A program made the translations under genes and the position numbers. From NCBI GenBank assembly GCA_050273025.1, contig CP158635.1, positions 682,001 to 746,000 on the forward strand: a stretch of DNA of 64,000 bases. The letters run 5' to 3'. Positions 50,262-63,085 of this stretch are shown here, in pieces. The DNA comes from Cenococcum geophilum (taxonomy: Eukaryota). Under the pieces are notes generated by a model. That model made no database searches. It had not been told where the DNA came from and saw only the letters and a program-made list of their open reading frames with translations. Position 1 is the first letter of the stretch, and every line of letters starts with the position of its first letter.

Positions 50262-50561
50262 ACTTTTAGCGACAAAGCCTGAGGGCAGGCTTTTTTGGAG
50301 GGGGGGGTAATGTTACGGCACTGGCAGAACTTAGCAGAACTTGGCAGAACTTCGCACCGGCAAGTTGCCACAGATTGCCACAGATTGCCGCATATTGCAA
50401 TTACGTAACGCGAAGATCTTATAAAACACCGAACGGCGCTGCTCTTCTTCTTCTTTCCTTTCCCTAGCTTTAGATTCTCGTTTATAGACAATCCAATCGT
50501 ACAGGCTTGCGCGACCCTTTTGCCGTGCTTATGTCTCGATTGACTGAGTCGCTAACATTAT

Positions 50562-50858
50562 CCCATGCAACGTTGGTGTCCTACTACAGGTGGTCCGTGC
50601 GGAACACCAGAATTAGAAAGATTAATTTAATCAACCACCGTGCCTTCTAATTGTGCCTTTTTTGATTCTAATATCGTCCAACCTACCAAATGCGTCGTTC
50701 CTCCAACTCGTAGCAAAAGAACTGTCTCCGGAGCTTTGGCGGCTGCCTTCGAGCCCTTTGCCAGAGCTTCATATTCCTCATCACAGCTCTAAGATCCTAA
50801 CGATTTAATTGGCTGGAGCTTATCGATAAGAATAGGACTCAAATCAACGTTGCAAGAG
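50562..50858. mobile_element. MITE (297 bp), same family as 17701-18019, opposite orientation, inserted in the pogo transposase
   Basis: TIRs CCCATGCAACGTTG / CAACGTTGCAAGAG, flanks TTAT and ATAA. Internal blocks match the other copy in reverse complement (ATTAGAAGGCACGGTGGTTGATTA; AGCCAATTAAATCGTTAGGAT). Confidence 0.85.
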
Positions 50859-53064
50859 ATAAAAGCTTCGTCTTTATAAGGAGTAGCAAAGCAATTCTAA
50901 TAGAGACATAATTACGACTCTATTAAGGCATGAGCGTTAAATTTAAGGCCGACGACCTTAAAACACCAAGCAGCAATTAATCGCGACGTATTTTAGTGTA
51001 GCCGATCGCTTAATTACGAGTTTACGCACGTAGATACATAATATTATTACCTAATTTTAATCTTGGGTGCATTTTATATACAAGTATGCAATATAACGAT
51101 ACCCTTAGTATTATAATACGCTCGGCCGAATAAACCATATCGTATTAAAGAGATTTTACTGTACAAAAATTGTTAAAATTAATAATATTATGCACAATGA
51201 CTTATAAGATCTAATTTAATGCTTGGTAATTTTTACTTTCTATAGGTTTACTTAATAAATTTTAAATGCGCACGTATCGTGAGCAGGCCTGAGAGTTATT
51301 TACTAATACATCTTGCCTTATTTTTACCACCTTAACTCTAAAAATCTTTAATATTTAATATCTTTCAGTATTGAACATATTATATTGATATTGACATTGA
51401 CGTTCAATATTCAATATTGAAAATTCAGTAATCAATATTCGATATTGATAAGAGCACTGCCTCGCAGGCGGAAGGCCTACGACGAGCCTCTTATCCAAAC
51501 CGCCCTCTACCCCCTCTATACCTTAATCCACCCAGCGGATTCTAATACGTAGTGCAGCGCGGGTACTTGGCTATAGGGACTTGGTGCACCCCTACAGCCA
51601 GTACTAGGTTGAGCGCGCTATTGGATGCAGGGAGATAGGGGATAGGGTACCTATTGTAAGCTTTTGCAATGTGGGAATTGAACGAGCGACTTAATTGTGA
51701 ATGTAGCTCTAAAGTCTATATATATACGAGGTGGTAGCAAGAAGATGACGACGATGATCCACAATCGCCACTGTAGACAACGCCACTCAGTCGGTGATAG
51801 GTAATAGAAATAGGTAATGGAGATAAGTAGTGAGATATGCGATGGCAAGAAATAGGGTGGCGAGTTATAAGGTAGTGCAAGCTTTAGTACCGGTAGTCGG
51901 TTACACACACCCCCAGATTTAATGGTGTAGTTAAAGCTATAGAAAACAAAAACAAAGGTAGAGACTATATTAAATAGGAAATTTAGATGCAATTTAGGAG
52001 TGGTAAGACAAGTAGGTCTCACATGTGTGCTTACACATTCGTGTCACACCGCCAGAAGAGACCCTCCCGGCGCAGTAGGCGCAGAGTAGTTCGTCCATAA
52101 GCAGCATCCTGCCTGGCCCACAACCCTATGAATCAAACACCAGCAAAGCTTGGCGATCAAACTTTTATTAAGGCACGTTTGTTCTTAAGAATGGTAACAT
52201 TTTCAGAAAAAAAGACGCAGCAAAACCGACGGCGACTTTGCCATCGAAACAAGAGAAACTAGACCAACCAATTCTCAAGATATACTATGACGAGATGACG
52301 AAAGGTAACAAGCCGGGTACAGAAAATGCGAGGTTTCTTAATTCACAAATAATGATGGGACTTCTGAGGGCCGCCGACTTTGATTGCGACCCTTTGACAA
52401 GGACGTCTTGAATTCTATTCGGCATTTACAGCAGCAACGTCGTCTTCTGGGCCTAAGAGTAGAAGCAGGCGGCTGAGAATCATTCGGAGCAAGCCTCTTG
52501 GAGGTTAGGAATGAGGCTTACGAGACTATTGGATTAGAAGGAGTATGATACGCGGAATGCAAAAGGCTTGTACGAATGGCTTGTTTAAACTTTTATTATA
52601 TTTGTACAAGAGATCACTTGACTCAAAGGTCAAACTAACCTGTAATTAGACCGTCCCCTAGCGGGACACATACATAGCTATATCTTTTGAGCTAACTTTA
52701 ATGCTCTCCATCTTCCTTCTCACTGCAATCCACAGAATACCTCAAAACCCATCCGCTACGTCCGTGTAAGTCGTCTGGAGAACCCGGTCCGAGAATCCGC
52801 TAAGGGATGTCGCGACACGTCACCAGGTAACTAGCGGGGGTGCAAGCAGGGAAAACCAGACGCTCGCTGCTAGCGAAGTTAAAGCTGACGAGTAGATCGT
52901 TGTGTATCCTTTTTGGAGCTTCGGATAAAATAATGCTGAGCGTTGGCATGCTCATAAATATCTCAATTGTGAAGTTTGGATATGCCTGCACGCCGGATCG
53001 ACGTGGGTATCACAAATATCAAAACTTTAGTGGAAAAGACAACTTGCCCAGCGTCTTGCAGCCT

Positions 53065-54263
53065 TCATACGATCTCGTTCTTCGTTTGCTCCTGCACAAT
53101 CTGCTTGTGGTGATCCAGGAACATCTTCTGCAGTGGCGCGGTGATGGCCTGCATAGTTGAGTTCGAGAAATCGTTGGCTACGCGGTGCTTGCCGTACCAG
53201 TAATGGCGGACAAATACCCCCTTGCACAGCGTACCAGGGTAGCCGTTCGCCTCGGTGCACGGAATTTCCTTCAGATAGTCCTCGTAGTCATAGCGCACGA
53301 ACTCGCCGAACGCACTCTGCTCGTGGAACAGCGGGTCCTTCCACTGCGAGCAGTTATCATACCGCACGTCGTCCGGGCACTCATGCCAGGCGCGGAGAAT
53401 CTCCTGTGTTCGGTCGCTCTGCTGCGCCACGATGAAACCCGTGTTGCTAAGCGTGCGATTGAATCGGTCATCGTTGGTCCCGGGAGGTCCAGCTGGGTCG
53501 AGTGCCATGGCGAGGGAGATGTCGGGTGTGATTTGCCAGTAGTTCAGCAGCCATTCAATAGGGATGTGCATTTGGTGGAAGGCGGCGTCGGCGTCGAGAA
53601 AGATGACAAATTTATATTCTTTGAGCACATTCGCGATTGAGCTGGGCTTGATCCAGGTGTTGTGGCGATCTTTGAATGAGGCGGCTCTGATAAATTTGTA
53701 GTCATAGCCATGTATCATCGCTAAAGAGAATCAAGAGAATCAGTCGCTGTATTGAAGCCTAGGTTGGCGAGATCCGTACCATAGGTGTAGTGGTTCAGTA
53801 CTCCACCAGAGAGATAGTCAAGATCCTTCCAGCTATAATCGCCATCGTGCATGAGTTGATCCTTCTTGTCTAATGGGCGAGTCTCTAGATCTAGTATGCA
53901 GACTTTCTTCCCGAGCTTTGTGTCGTAGACCTGATTCTCCGGAAGTCTGTACACTTTCCCGTCATCGTCGGTGAAAGCTGGGGTGTTCGGAGAGAACTTG
54001 AGGGGAGCGTAAAGTAGTCGGAGTATTTCCTGGATCGAGATAGGCGCCTTGTGGGTGCTGGGTATAGATCTAGGCGAGGTTAGACAATGACAGAAATTCC
54101 GTAAATCAAGTAATGCATACTCCTCAAAGTGTGTGCCAGGAAAGACAGGGATTCGAGAGGGCAACTGGTATGCGAAGAGTAAAGTTAGCAGTATGAGGGT
54201 GACGGACACAGCGAGGAAGCCTGTCATCCATGGAGCTGATCTTGGTCCCCTCAAAGATACCAT
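53065..54263 (-). CDS. Glycosyltransferase family 34-like (GMA12/MNN10-type) type II membrane protein; probable introns 54120-54070 and 53779-53721
   Basis: N-terminal TM helix; spliced LNHYTYAMIHGYDYKFI; WIKP; DxD motif FLDADA; NTGFIVAQ; HEQSAF. GT..CTAAC/CTGAT..AG introns. Confidence 0.82.
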
Positions 54264-56602
54264 GGCAATGTTGGCAAGTCACAGTAGACAAAAGGAATTG
54301 TGCAAGAACACAGGGTCACTAAGGACCGGGAGTGAGGGGAGGATGCAGGACCATAGGGTTTAAGGGTCTAGAGATGTATAAGTAGTTGTATAGGGGGCGC
54401 AAGGCCTGATAGCGCTGTTGGACACCATCGTGGGATACGATGTGGCTTGGCAAATGGAGCGAATAAGCCAAGAGATCCTGCGGGAAGGGTTTTACGAACA
54501 GGACGGCTTTGCCGACCGTGCTGTCATCGTAAGAAGAGATGAGGTGGAAGATTGATTGGTTCGGTCACAGTTGGTCCACCCTTGGCCTAGCTTGGCACGG
54601 GGGCAGGCTCTGGATGCGCTGCTCTCCAGGTCTCCAGCCTTTCCACCACCGCTCGGCGGAATATAACCCGCAGGAAATCTAACAAAACTGAAACGTGTTT
54701 AATCCTTTCAAGCCTTCTGTCTCATCTACGCCGCCTGCGCCGCACACGCCGCATACGCCGCTCTGGAAGACTTCCGTTCCTCATGCGCTCCTTTTATAAA
54801 GAAAGCGCCGTTTGAGAAACGAGAAGCTGTTATGGCCTGGGCCTTCATAGCCGCTTGCTAGTCTAATACTCTGTATTAAGTTCAGTCTTTTGTTAAGAGT
54901 ATCAGCTAAGAGCATAGGCTTGGCAAAGTACTGAAAAGTACTGAAAGCATCGCGTATGACCAAGGCGAAAATGCCCCTGCAATGATCTGCCCAATAGGCT
55001 ATTCGTTTAAAGGTCCAAGCGTCCGCTGCCGTGAAGATCCATAGCGTAAATTTCGCTACTTAGTTCCTGCACGGACTTCTCATTACGGATCCCATCGGAT
55101 TGGTTGATGCTGCGAAGAAATTCAAACTTCGATGATTGCAGCAACTTAGCTGAGCAACTGCTCAACCCAGCATGGCTTTCGTAACACGCTAATTTGCTCT
55201 GCCTTTTTCTGCGGAGGCAACAATATTGTTGGATGTAAATCTAATGGTGGAAGATGTTTTCAGCGCTAGCCAAGAAACCTCCAAGCCTTGCCAAGCGCCG
55301 TATTGAAAAAGACTGCAGGCTCTTCAACGATGTTGCCTGCACCCGTCCCAGTGGAATCGCCGCCAGGTGCCAACACTATTTGGACATCGAAATGTAATAC
55401 GTTGCGCTGCTAGTTATATACAGTTTTCCCGCGAGCACATAATGCGAATATTTCACCTCATCATGCTCGGAGTCCATGCAAGGAAGGTGACATAGTCAAG
55501 ATGCTGAGGCACGCGTTCCTTGGTTGGGGTTATAGTTCGGTTACATTGCTCAGAAAGCCACATCGAATCTGAAGGAACTCTGATACTCCCGTATATAGCC
55601 TTGAGCGGTGACTGCAGAGTTCGGCAGATACAAATTCTCCTTGACAGGCCCCAGGCTCCTATTCTCCAATAGCATATTCATGCTAGAATTGGTTGCAGGG
55701 CTTCGGCACAATTATCGGCTACTTTCGCAGCACAACAAACACTGAGTTTTGTGTCAATCTTAACATTGACATTCGACGTCCAGAAGACGAACAGTGGTCT
55801 GGACCTCGGAGAGTGGCTATTTCAGCTAACTCTGATGACACTCTTCGCCTCGGGCTCGGTATCGTGTCTTCAAAAGTCCGAAGTTTAGGTGAGATCAACA
55901 TTATGCCGCAGGATTAGTAACGTTGGGCCGGGGACTTATTCTTCTATTGACTGAAAGTACACAAGACCAGCAATTGTCAGCAGCAGTCAGCGGTAAGGTC
56001 TTCAAGAGTTCGTCAACCTCACAGCAACGTTGGAATTGTCCCAACTAAACAGCTGTTTGGGGAGGTTGAAACGAGCGGGAGGAGATTTCGGCAAAACCTG
56101 CAGAACCATTGAACAAGCATTCGCTTAAGCAGAGAATGACAAGCTTTTTACCTACCGATGACGTTCCCCGACAGCAGTTTTGATAGGAAAAAAAAACTCC
56201 AGCCTTGCGACTAAGCAGTCTAGTACGTCTATCCGCCAGTCTTTCGCCATCCCTTCGGCCGCTTGGTCATCGTGACCCCTTCACCATGGTGGCTACCTCT
56301 GTCTTCATTCATAATGCCCCGAGTTACTCAGCCTTCTTGGCTCATCCTCACTGGCCAGAACCCTTTATATTTATGTATTCACCTCTGCGCTCCTGTACAC
56401 TACCTAGGTACATGCGGCGATAATTCCTTATTTCCGCGAGACTCAAGGTTTGAAAAACATCAGTTTCGCCACGCAGAATTGCTTTACTCTCTTCTTGTAT
56501 CATTATATATATATACCGACCGTCGCTAGAAGTGCGTTAGCAAAGGCATTGAACATTTTTGGCGCTCTTGCCTTAGATACAGGTTCGGTATCACTTTCCC
56601 CA

Positions 56603-59192
56603 ATGGCTGAGTCATCGAGGTCGAGCACGAGTAGTAGTCCTGGGGTAGCACGAGCGGGGGGTCGGTCAGTAGACTTTGAGAAAGAGAACCCAATCATTGC
56701 AGATGTTGGCGACGAAGAAGATAAATCAGGATACAATGGCACACAAGAAGAAGAAGAATCAAAAGATTATGGGCCGATTAAAGCAGAAAAGGAATCATCG
56801 AGACCAGTCACATTACATCCGAATGCTCTACAACAGGTCTATTCACACCGCTCATATGCCGCCGGCGATGGTTATACCTGCTTCAGCGAGGACGAAGAAC
56901 GACCGAACATCCCCAGCGGTGACACTGCTGCGGATGCAGAGAAGCAATTCGAGGTGACGTGGGATGGCGATGATGATCCGATGAATCCACGGAGCATGCC
57001 AAAATTACGGCGATGGCTCATAGTGTTGGTTGTATCGGCCAGCTCAGTTTGCGTGTAAGTGTCATGCTGGCTGTTCTCAAGCGTCATTAAAGTGTTGAGA
57101 TAAATGAAGCGGAGTTGCAGAACTAATAAGCTGTATGGCAGGACATGTGCTTCGTCACTATACACTACCACGTATGGTCAGCTGATTACGGAATTCCACA
57201 CCTCACGGGAGATAGCTACCCTGGGGCTTTCGCTGTTCGTTGTCGGCTTAGGCATAGGCCCTATGGTGCTTAGCCCCTTATCAGAAGTAGGTGTCATAAA
57301 TACGTCGTTTGAGACGGCAAGTCCCTGCGTTCAATAACTGACTGCAGATCCTGATCCACAGTTCTACGGGCGCCGGCCCATCTACATTTACTCGTATCTC
57401 TTTTTCCTTATCTGGCTTATCCCATGTGCTGTGGCACCAAATATCGCAACCATGCTTGTGTGTCGATTCCTTGATGGTCTGTCCGGCTCAGCTTTCTTGT
57501 CTGTTGCCGGCGGTACCGTCGGGGATATGTTTACGAGATCTGAACTCTCGGCACCAATGATGGTATATACTGCAGCGCCGTTTATTGGGTAAGTTCAACG
57601 TTGATCTGCCTTGCATTCATGGCGATTACATATTCAGAGAGCTTCCGCGGGGATTAAGGGCTTTCAGATTGTCTGATAAGATGTCGTGGAAGTTCTCCCT
57701 GCTTCGGCATAACTGTTAACTGGGCTTGGGCAACACGAAATTTGGATGCATGAGCTAATTTGGCTTGTTTAGACCGGAACTAGGCCCTCTTCTTGGAGGC
57801 TTCATCAACCAGTATACTACATGGAGATGGTCGTTTTACGTCCTGTTGATTTGGGCGGGAGTACAGCTTAGCCTAATCATCTTATTCGTCCCCGAAACAT
57901 ACCACCCGGTCCTCCTACGTCTGAAGGCCCAAAGATTACGAAAAGAAACTGGAAATGAGGCGTGGAAGGCGCCCATTGAGAGGCTCTCGCGATCAATTCC
58001 TAAAACGGTGCTGTGGTCCTGTATTCGACCCTTCCAGCTACTTATTTTTGAGCCAATGGTGCGTAAGCAAACATTCTGAAACGAATGTGAGCGAAAAAAA
58101 AGATCTGACCTGTCATCAGTGTTTAAACCTCTGCATACTGTCTGCGATACTCCTTGGAATCCTGTATCTCTTCTTCGGTGCGTTCCCGCTAGTGTTCGAG
58201 AAAAATCACGGCTTCACCATCTCACAGACGGGTTTAACCTTTTTGGGGTTGTTTGTGGGTATGGTCCTTGGTATATCGAGTGATCCGTTATGGCGGAGGA
58301 ACTATGCACGGCTCGTGCGCCGGCGGGAGGCGCAGGGAGGCGAGCCTGGGGGGTCTGAACCAGAATTTCGGCTCCCTCCAACAATATACGGCGCTTTTCT
58401 AGTTCCTATTGGACTGTTCGGTAGGCTAGGGATGGCCTCCTGACGTTGAATATGCTGCTAACCCTGATTCGCGCAGGTTTTGGTTGGACCACATATCCAT
58501 GGGTGAGTCGATGATGATCTGACATGCTGGCTTCGGAGCTACTGCTAACCTTGCCCTATAGGTGCACTGGATAGGTACAGAAGCATGCCACGCATTTCGA
58601 AATAATAAAAAGCTGATCACCTGCAGTTCCAATAATATTCTCGGCCATCTTTAGTATTGGGTAAGGCACTACTGATGTCCATTCCGTGGAAATGCAGCCG
58701 CCGGCAATAAATGAGAGCACTGCTGACCAGTGTCCCGTGACGTAGTGTCATCTGGGTCTACTCTGGCGTCTTCACCTTCCTCGTAGACTGTGTAAGCCCT
58801 CCGAAGTCGGACCACGGGCCAATTACTAACACGTTCGTCGCAGTACCCTCTGTACGCGGCTTCAGCGCTGGCCGCGAACAGCTTTGCGCGATCCAGCTTC
58901 GGGGCGGCTTTTCCCTTGTTCGGCGTGCAAATGTACAACAGTGAGTTTGAGACAGCATTGACGGGCAACAATTGCGAAAAGGCGGTCACTGACGAAGGAG
59001 TGCAGACTTGGGGTATCAATGGGCGACCTCGCTGCTCGCCTTCCTGGCATTGGCTATGGCGCCGTAAGAATGACCGTCCCAGCTGAAAGGTCGTGGACTC
59101 GCTAACGACTCTGCGCTACCCATAGATTTCCTTTCCTCTTCTATCGGTATGGGAAGAGGCTCAGGGGCAACAGTCGATTCGCGTCGGGGTAG
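56603..59192 (+). CDS. MFS multidrug transporter, DHA1 family, many introns
   Basis: WDGDDDPMNP motif, LGLSLFVVGLGIGPMVLSPLSE-FYGRRP, GGTVGDMF, GPLLGGFI, PETYHPVLL, PEFRLPP, YAASALAANSFARSSFGAAFPLF; ends ...GNSRFASG*. Exon boundaries inferred from GT/AG and branch sites. Confidence 0.92.
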
Positions 59193-59304
59193 TCTGAAAC
59201 GGGGTGGGGAGCAGGTGATGGGGGAGACGAGTGGATGAGACTATGTATGGGGAGTTGCACGGCAGGATAGTCCGTGGCCTTTCGTTGTAATCCGGCTTTC
59301 TTGA

Positions 59305-59340
59305 GCTGCTATTGCTGCTGCTGCTGCTGCTACTACTGTT
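59305..59340. repeat. (GCT)n microsatellite
   Basis: Read directly. Confidence 0.7.
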
Positions 59341-59997
59341 GGCCACGTGACACAACCTGAAGCCTGCCTGTGGATCCTTCTGTGTGACGAGTAGCAACGC
59401 CACGAGGAAAGCCACGCCAGCGCGCGGAATACAGGACGGGACGGTGCGATTGGGGAGGTGTGAGATCCCCGGAGCGAGGGAACGTGGCCAGCCGGATACA
59501 CGGCGAGATAGAGCAGTGCAGGGGCGTGGAGGGTGCAACGGAGTGGGAGTTTGATGATGGTAGTTGATGTTGAAGTGATGTATGGTGTTTTTGCTTTTGG
59601 GTGGCGGACGGTGTGAGGTGGAGTAATGTTTTGCCCAGGAAGGCGTTGGTGGAGGTTGATAGGAGGAGCCAAGGCAGGCAGGCAAACAACATCGCTCGGG
59701 CGTTCGGTAACTACTCGGCCTAGGGCAGCGGGAGGGCCAGCCCGCACGAAGCAAATCACCGCAAGATCCTCGAGTCTAGCGAGGCCCGCGCTTCTTCTTC
59801 TCTCTCAACTCCAACCTCCTCAACCACCAGACAATTGCGGGGCGACCGATCAAGCTGTCTAACGCATCCTGTACGTATTGCGCCCTTAGAACCCTCTTGA
59901 ACTTGCCACTGCTATTCCCGACGACTCCCCAATCAGTTCTCCCAATTCGTCCACAATTCGCTCCCTCACCTCCTCGGCAAAGAGACGTGCTTCAGCT

Positions 59998-60015
59998 CAC
60001 ACACACACACACACA
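59998..60015. repeat. (CA)n microsatellite
   Basis: Read directly. Confidence 0.8.
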
Positions 60016-60641
60016 ACTAACCACCGGGTGTCCCACAGCATCAAAAGGCTGTGTCGGCTCCCTCCTCAGCGCCCTCCACCCTCTCCCTTTCACTCTGCGT
60101 CTTGCGTGCGTGCCTTGCGTGCGGCCCAGCTTCCCTTCAGCGCGCGCGCGCCTCATCTTGCGCATCGCCTTCCACTCTAGAGCTTTTGCGTTTCCGGCAG
60201 CATGGGCAGCGCCAAGTTGACTTCATCATAATGAGCGCGCGACTTGGAATGCTCCCTCGATTGCATGGACCCCGGGCTTGTACAACGACCGCATTGTTCC
60301 ATTCCTACGTGCCGGATTAGAAGGCCGTGCCGACGCCACCATCCATTGGGCAGCAAGCCAGCCGCCTCCACCATTGGCCTCGTCCCGCAGCTGGGATTGT
60401 GGCACCGCAGTTCACGTTTGCGAACCTGCGCACGCGTGATCGCATTTCTCAAAACACCTAACTGGGGCGCTGCTAGCCCGCACCCTCTGCGCACATTGGC
60501 TGAGCCGTTGCGCCGGGAAAAAGGGCCATCCGAGGCAACATTGACGGGCGCACGCAGAATAAACGTGCGTCTACAAGCAGCGGTAGCTTGCAACAGGATC
60601 TTTGCCTTGGTGCGGAGCGTGTGTTCCTTGGGCAAGATATT

Positions 60642-63085
60642 ATGACCACCTCAGACGCCGAAGATGCATCTCCCTCACCGGATTACAGTGGAGATCAGGA
60701 CGGGAACGACATGGCCGAACAGAAGGGCCAGCGTGCTTCCGGCGATGCTTCGCCTGCGCAACAGACGGGCAATGGCCAGAAGCTAGCTTCCAATGCAAAG
60801 GACCCGTTGAGACCGAGGAGGAAGAAAGCGAGGAGAGCATGCTATGCGTGTCAGAGGGCGCATCTTACCTGCGGTACGTTAGTTTTTCAATTCCTTCGTG
60901 GTTTGGGCCCTGAAAAGGAGAGCCTATCCAAGAGACCTATTCCTTCGTTATTGGATAACTTCCCATGCGATACTGTTGATTTAACTGTGAATATCTATCA
61001 GGCGACGAACGGCCATGCCACAGGTGTATCAAGCGTGGTCTCCAGGATGCTTGCATGGACGGCGTAAGAAAGAAAGCCAAGTATCTTCATGACGCCCCAA
61101 ATGAAGCTCTCATGCCTGGCATCGGCAGTAATTATCATCATTTAAACGGGAGCCAACCACCAGCCATGCCCGGACAAATATCTGTTCCCAACTCAGGAAC
61201 ACCACTCAGCCAACAATCGAACTTCTACCAACAGCCTCAGCCGGGCAATTTCAATATGTATCCGCAGAGTTCTTCACAGGGACCATTACCCCCTCCAATG
61301 CAGGAGAGCGCAGTGATGAACTCGTTTAGCAACCAGCAAACTCCCATTTCACCTCCTTACAGCTCGAATCCTAATCAACGGACGCCTCCTATTCAACAAA
61401 ATGCTCCCAGCTCGATGCCTCAAGCGTCTCAGGCAGATGCTACCCCAATGCATCATTTCGGCGGACCGCTCTTTGACCCCAGTGATCCTGCGTTGTTCAA
61501 CTTCGATATCGCAAGCTTGAATTTTGGCAATCACTACGGTGCTCTAGAGTTTGGAATGCTTGGGCATATGTCTTCAGGTGCAGCTGACACACCACCCAGC
61601 GACAACAGCATGATGAATCCTCTCAACCAAGCAGCAAACATGTTCAACCCGCAAATGGCAACTTCAACAGGTTTTGCTGAGAACCAGGGAGGTATGACTG
61701 CTGGGTTAGCATTTGGGCCGGACGGTCTTCCTGCCACGGAGTGGCAGAACACACAATCCAGACAGGGGAGTGTTACTCAAGTACAAACACCGCACAACAC
61801 CCCTATCGCAAATATTGACGCTCCTCGCAACGATGGGCTCAACGGTCCTCACGCATATGCCATTGGAGCAGGTCCAAGTAGCCTGTCAAGTGCCAGTCCT
61901 CAATCGGCAGGTGCAGATCTCGGGGCGGGTTTCGACAATGGTCCTATGTCTCCCGCCACTTTTTTCGCTCCCGTGAACCAGCAGCATATGCAGCAACACT
62001 CACCAGCGTTCAATCGGCCGCAACAGCCGCAAGTTTATCAACCGCCTCAGTACCCTCAATCGCAGCAAGCGATACAATCGCAGCCCCGCCCAAGTATTGC
62101 CCTCCACCCACTTCAAGGAAACGCTGCTTCTCGAAAACGGCGCCGCGACACCAGCGCCATCTATGAAGGTATCTCAAAAGCTTATCCCTACACCAGTGGC
62201 TTCCACCGCTTCTTCGGACTTATTCGGGAGCGATTCCCCAAAGACAAAGAGATACGGATTGCTAGAGCACTTGCTGCAATCCGCCCATCTTTCATTGCTT
62301 GCACTAAGGATTTAACGGATCAAGATCTCGTGTTCGGCGAGAAGAACCTGCAACGCCAACTGCTTACCTACGAAGACTCGATCGAGAAAATCGGCACGCC
62401 AACTATCATATGCCGTCGGACAGGCGAAGTGGCAGCTGTAGGGAAAGAATTCAGCATCCTTACCGGCTGGCGGCGTGAAGTGCTGTTAGGCAAAGATCCG
62501 AACGCAAACATCAACTGGGGCAGCTCTAGCGGCTCTCAATCAGCGAATACCAGCGGGAGCACGTCTCGCGGCGCCATGACGCCGTTGCTCGCAGGCCAAG
62601 AACAGGACACGGGCCCGCGCCCCGTCTCAATCGCCGAGCTAATGGACGAAGATTCCGTCGTGCAGTTCTACGAGGACTTTGCGCAGATGGCGTTTTGCGA
62701 CTCGCGCGGCTCCGCGCTGCGCTCCATCAAGCTGCTCAAGTACCGCACGAAGGAGGACATGATGAAGCTGGAGGAGCTCGCGGCCAACGAGGGCAAGGGT
62801 GTCAAGGCGGATCCGCCGGTCAAGCTGGAGAGCTCGATCGGTGGCGAGTCAGGCATGTATAGACTCGGGGAAAGAGAGGGTATGGTGCAGTGCATGTGCC
62901 AGTGGGTGATCAAGAGAGACATTTTCGATATGCCTATGCTGATTGTTATGAGTGTACGTTTTTTCCTCGCTTTAACCACCCCATCCCCCTTTCTCCTCCT
63001 ATCTCCATCTCCCCCTATCCACCCTCACCTTCCCCTCATAGGCCACAACTAACGTTATCCTCCGCAGATCTTGCCGGAAATATGA
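60642..63085 (+). CDS. acuK: Zn(II)2Cys6 transcription activator of gluconeogenesis with C-terminal PAS domain (AcuK/Ert1 orthologue); exons 60642-60873, 61002-62953, 63068-63085
   Basis: Spliced cluster [47 protein letters not shown]; conserved [52 protein letters not shown] and [19 protein letters not shown]. Confidence 0.9.

Larger units (their letters stand above)
44291..50557 (+). mobile_element. Ty3/Gypsy chromovirus G (~6.0 kb native), close relative of A; LTRs 44291-44537 and 50311-50557
   Basis: 247-bp LTR pair, PPT GAGGGGGGGGTAA, only a 4-bp duplication visible (TTAT). gag-pol is collinear with the reverse complement of A. Confidence 0.92.
6195..51030 (+). pseudogene. pogo/CENP-B-like transposase (HTH + DDE_1), RIP-degraded and interrupted; coding pieces 6195-6272, 30356-31103, 43646-44290, 50861-~51030
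   Basis: EYPLLEEALFKW (~30530), IYNMDETGLFW (~30826), IMLEW|LTWFD across the element E junction, LLMDGFSAH (~43686), FLPPNCTSxCQPLDQGII (~43771), ALMAL|QKLRLYEEQQ across the last junction, KQQLIATYF near the end. Manual count gives 37 residues between the second and third catalytic Asp. Confidence 0.88.
5930..51161 (+). mobile_element. pogo/Tigger-like Tc1-mariner DNA transposon (~2.0 kb native), split into four pieces: 5930-6272, 30356-31103, 43646-44290, 50861-51161
   Basis: TIRs (C>T)AGTAAAATCTCCTTAATACGATAT at 5930 and ATATCGTATTAAAGAGATTTTACTG ending 51161; TA on both sides. The transposase frame is continuous across every insertion junction after TSD removal. Confidence 0.9.
5892..51459. 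mobile_element. hAT-type MITE (~334 bp native: 5892-5929 + 51164-51459), outermost layer of the nest
   Basis: TIRs CAGTGCTTTTATTAATAT (5892-) and ATATTGATAAGAGCACTG (-51459; reverse complement CAGTGCTCTTATCAATAT) differ only by C>T. 8-bp TSD CCTTGCAG (5884-5891) / CCTCGCAG (51460-51467). Subterminal ATATTGA repeats at 51370-51450. Confidence 0.85.

Noticed and set aside
5570..50491. Short ORF-track calls inside the AT-rich block (e.g. 11104, 38823, 40505, 48517, 50072)
   Set aside because: They are fragments or antisense frames of RIP-degraded TE sequence, not independent genes.
2244..51459. Starship or other giant cargo-carrying element
   Set aside because: No tyrosine-recombinase captain or cargo genes were seen; the whole block is explained by nested TEs with their own TSDs.
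52128..52560. Possible small degenerate gene
   Set aside because: Short frames with stops and no recognisable domain; cannot be supported.
59161..60640. Several 80-200 aa ORFs between the MFS gene and acuK
   Set aside because: Overlapping, low-complexity frames in GC-rich UTR/promoter sequence with no recognisable domains.
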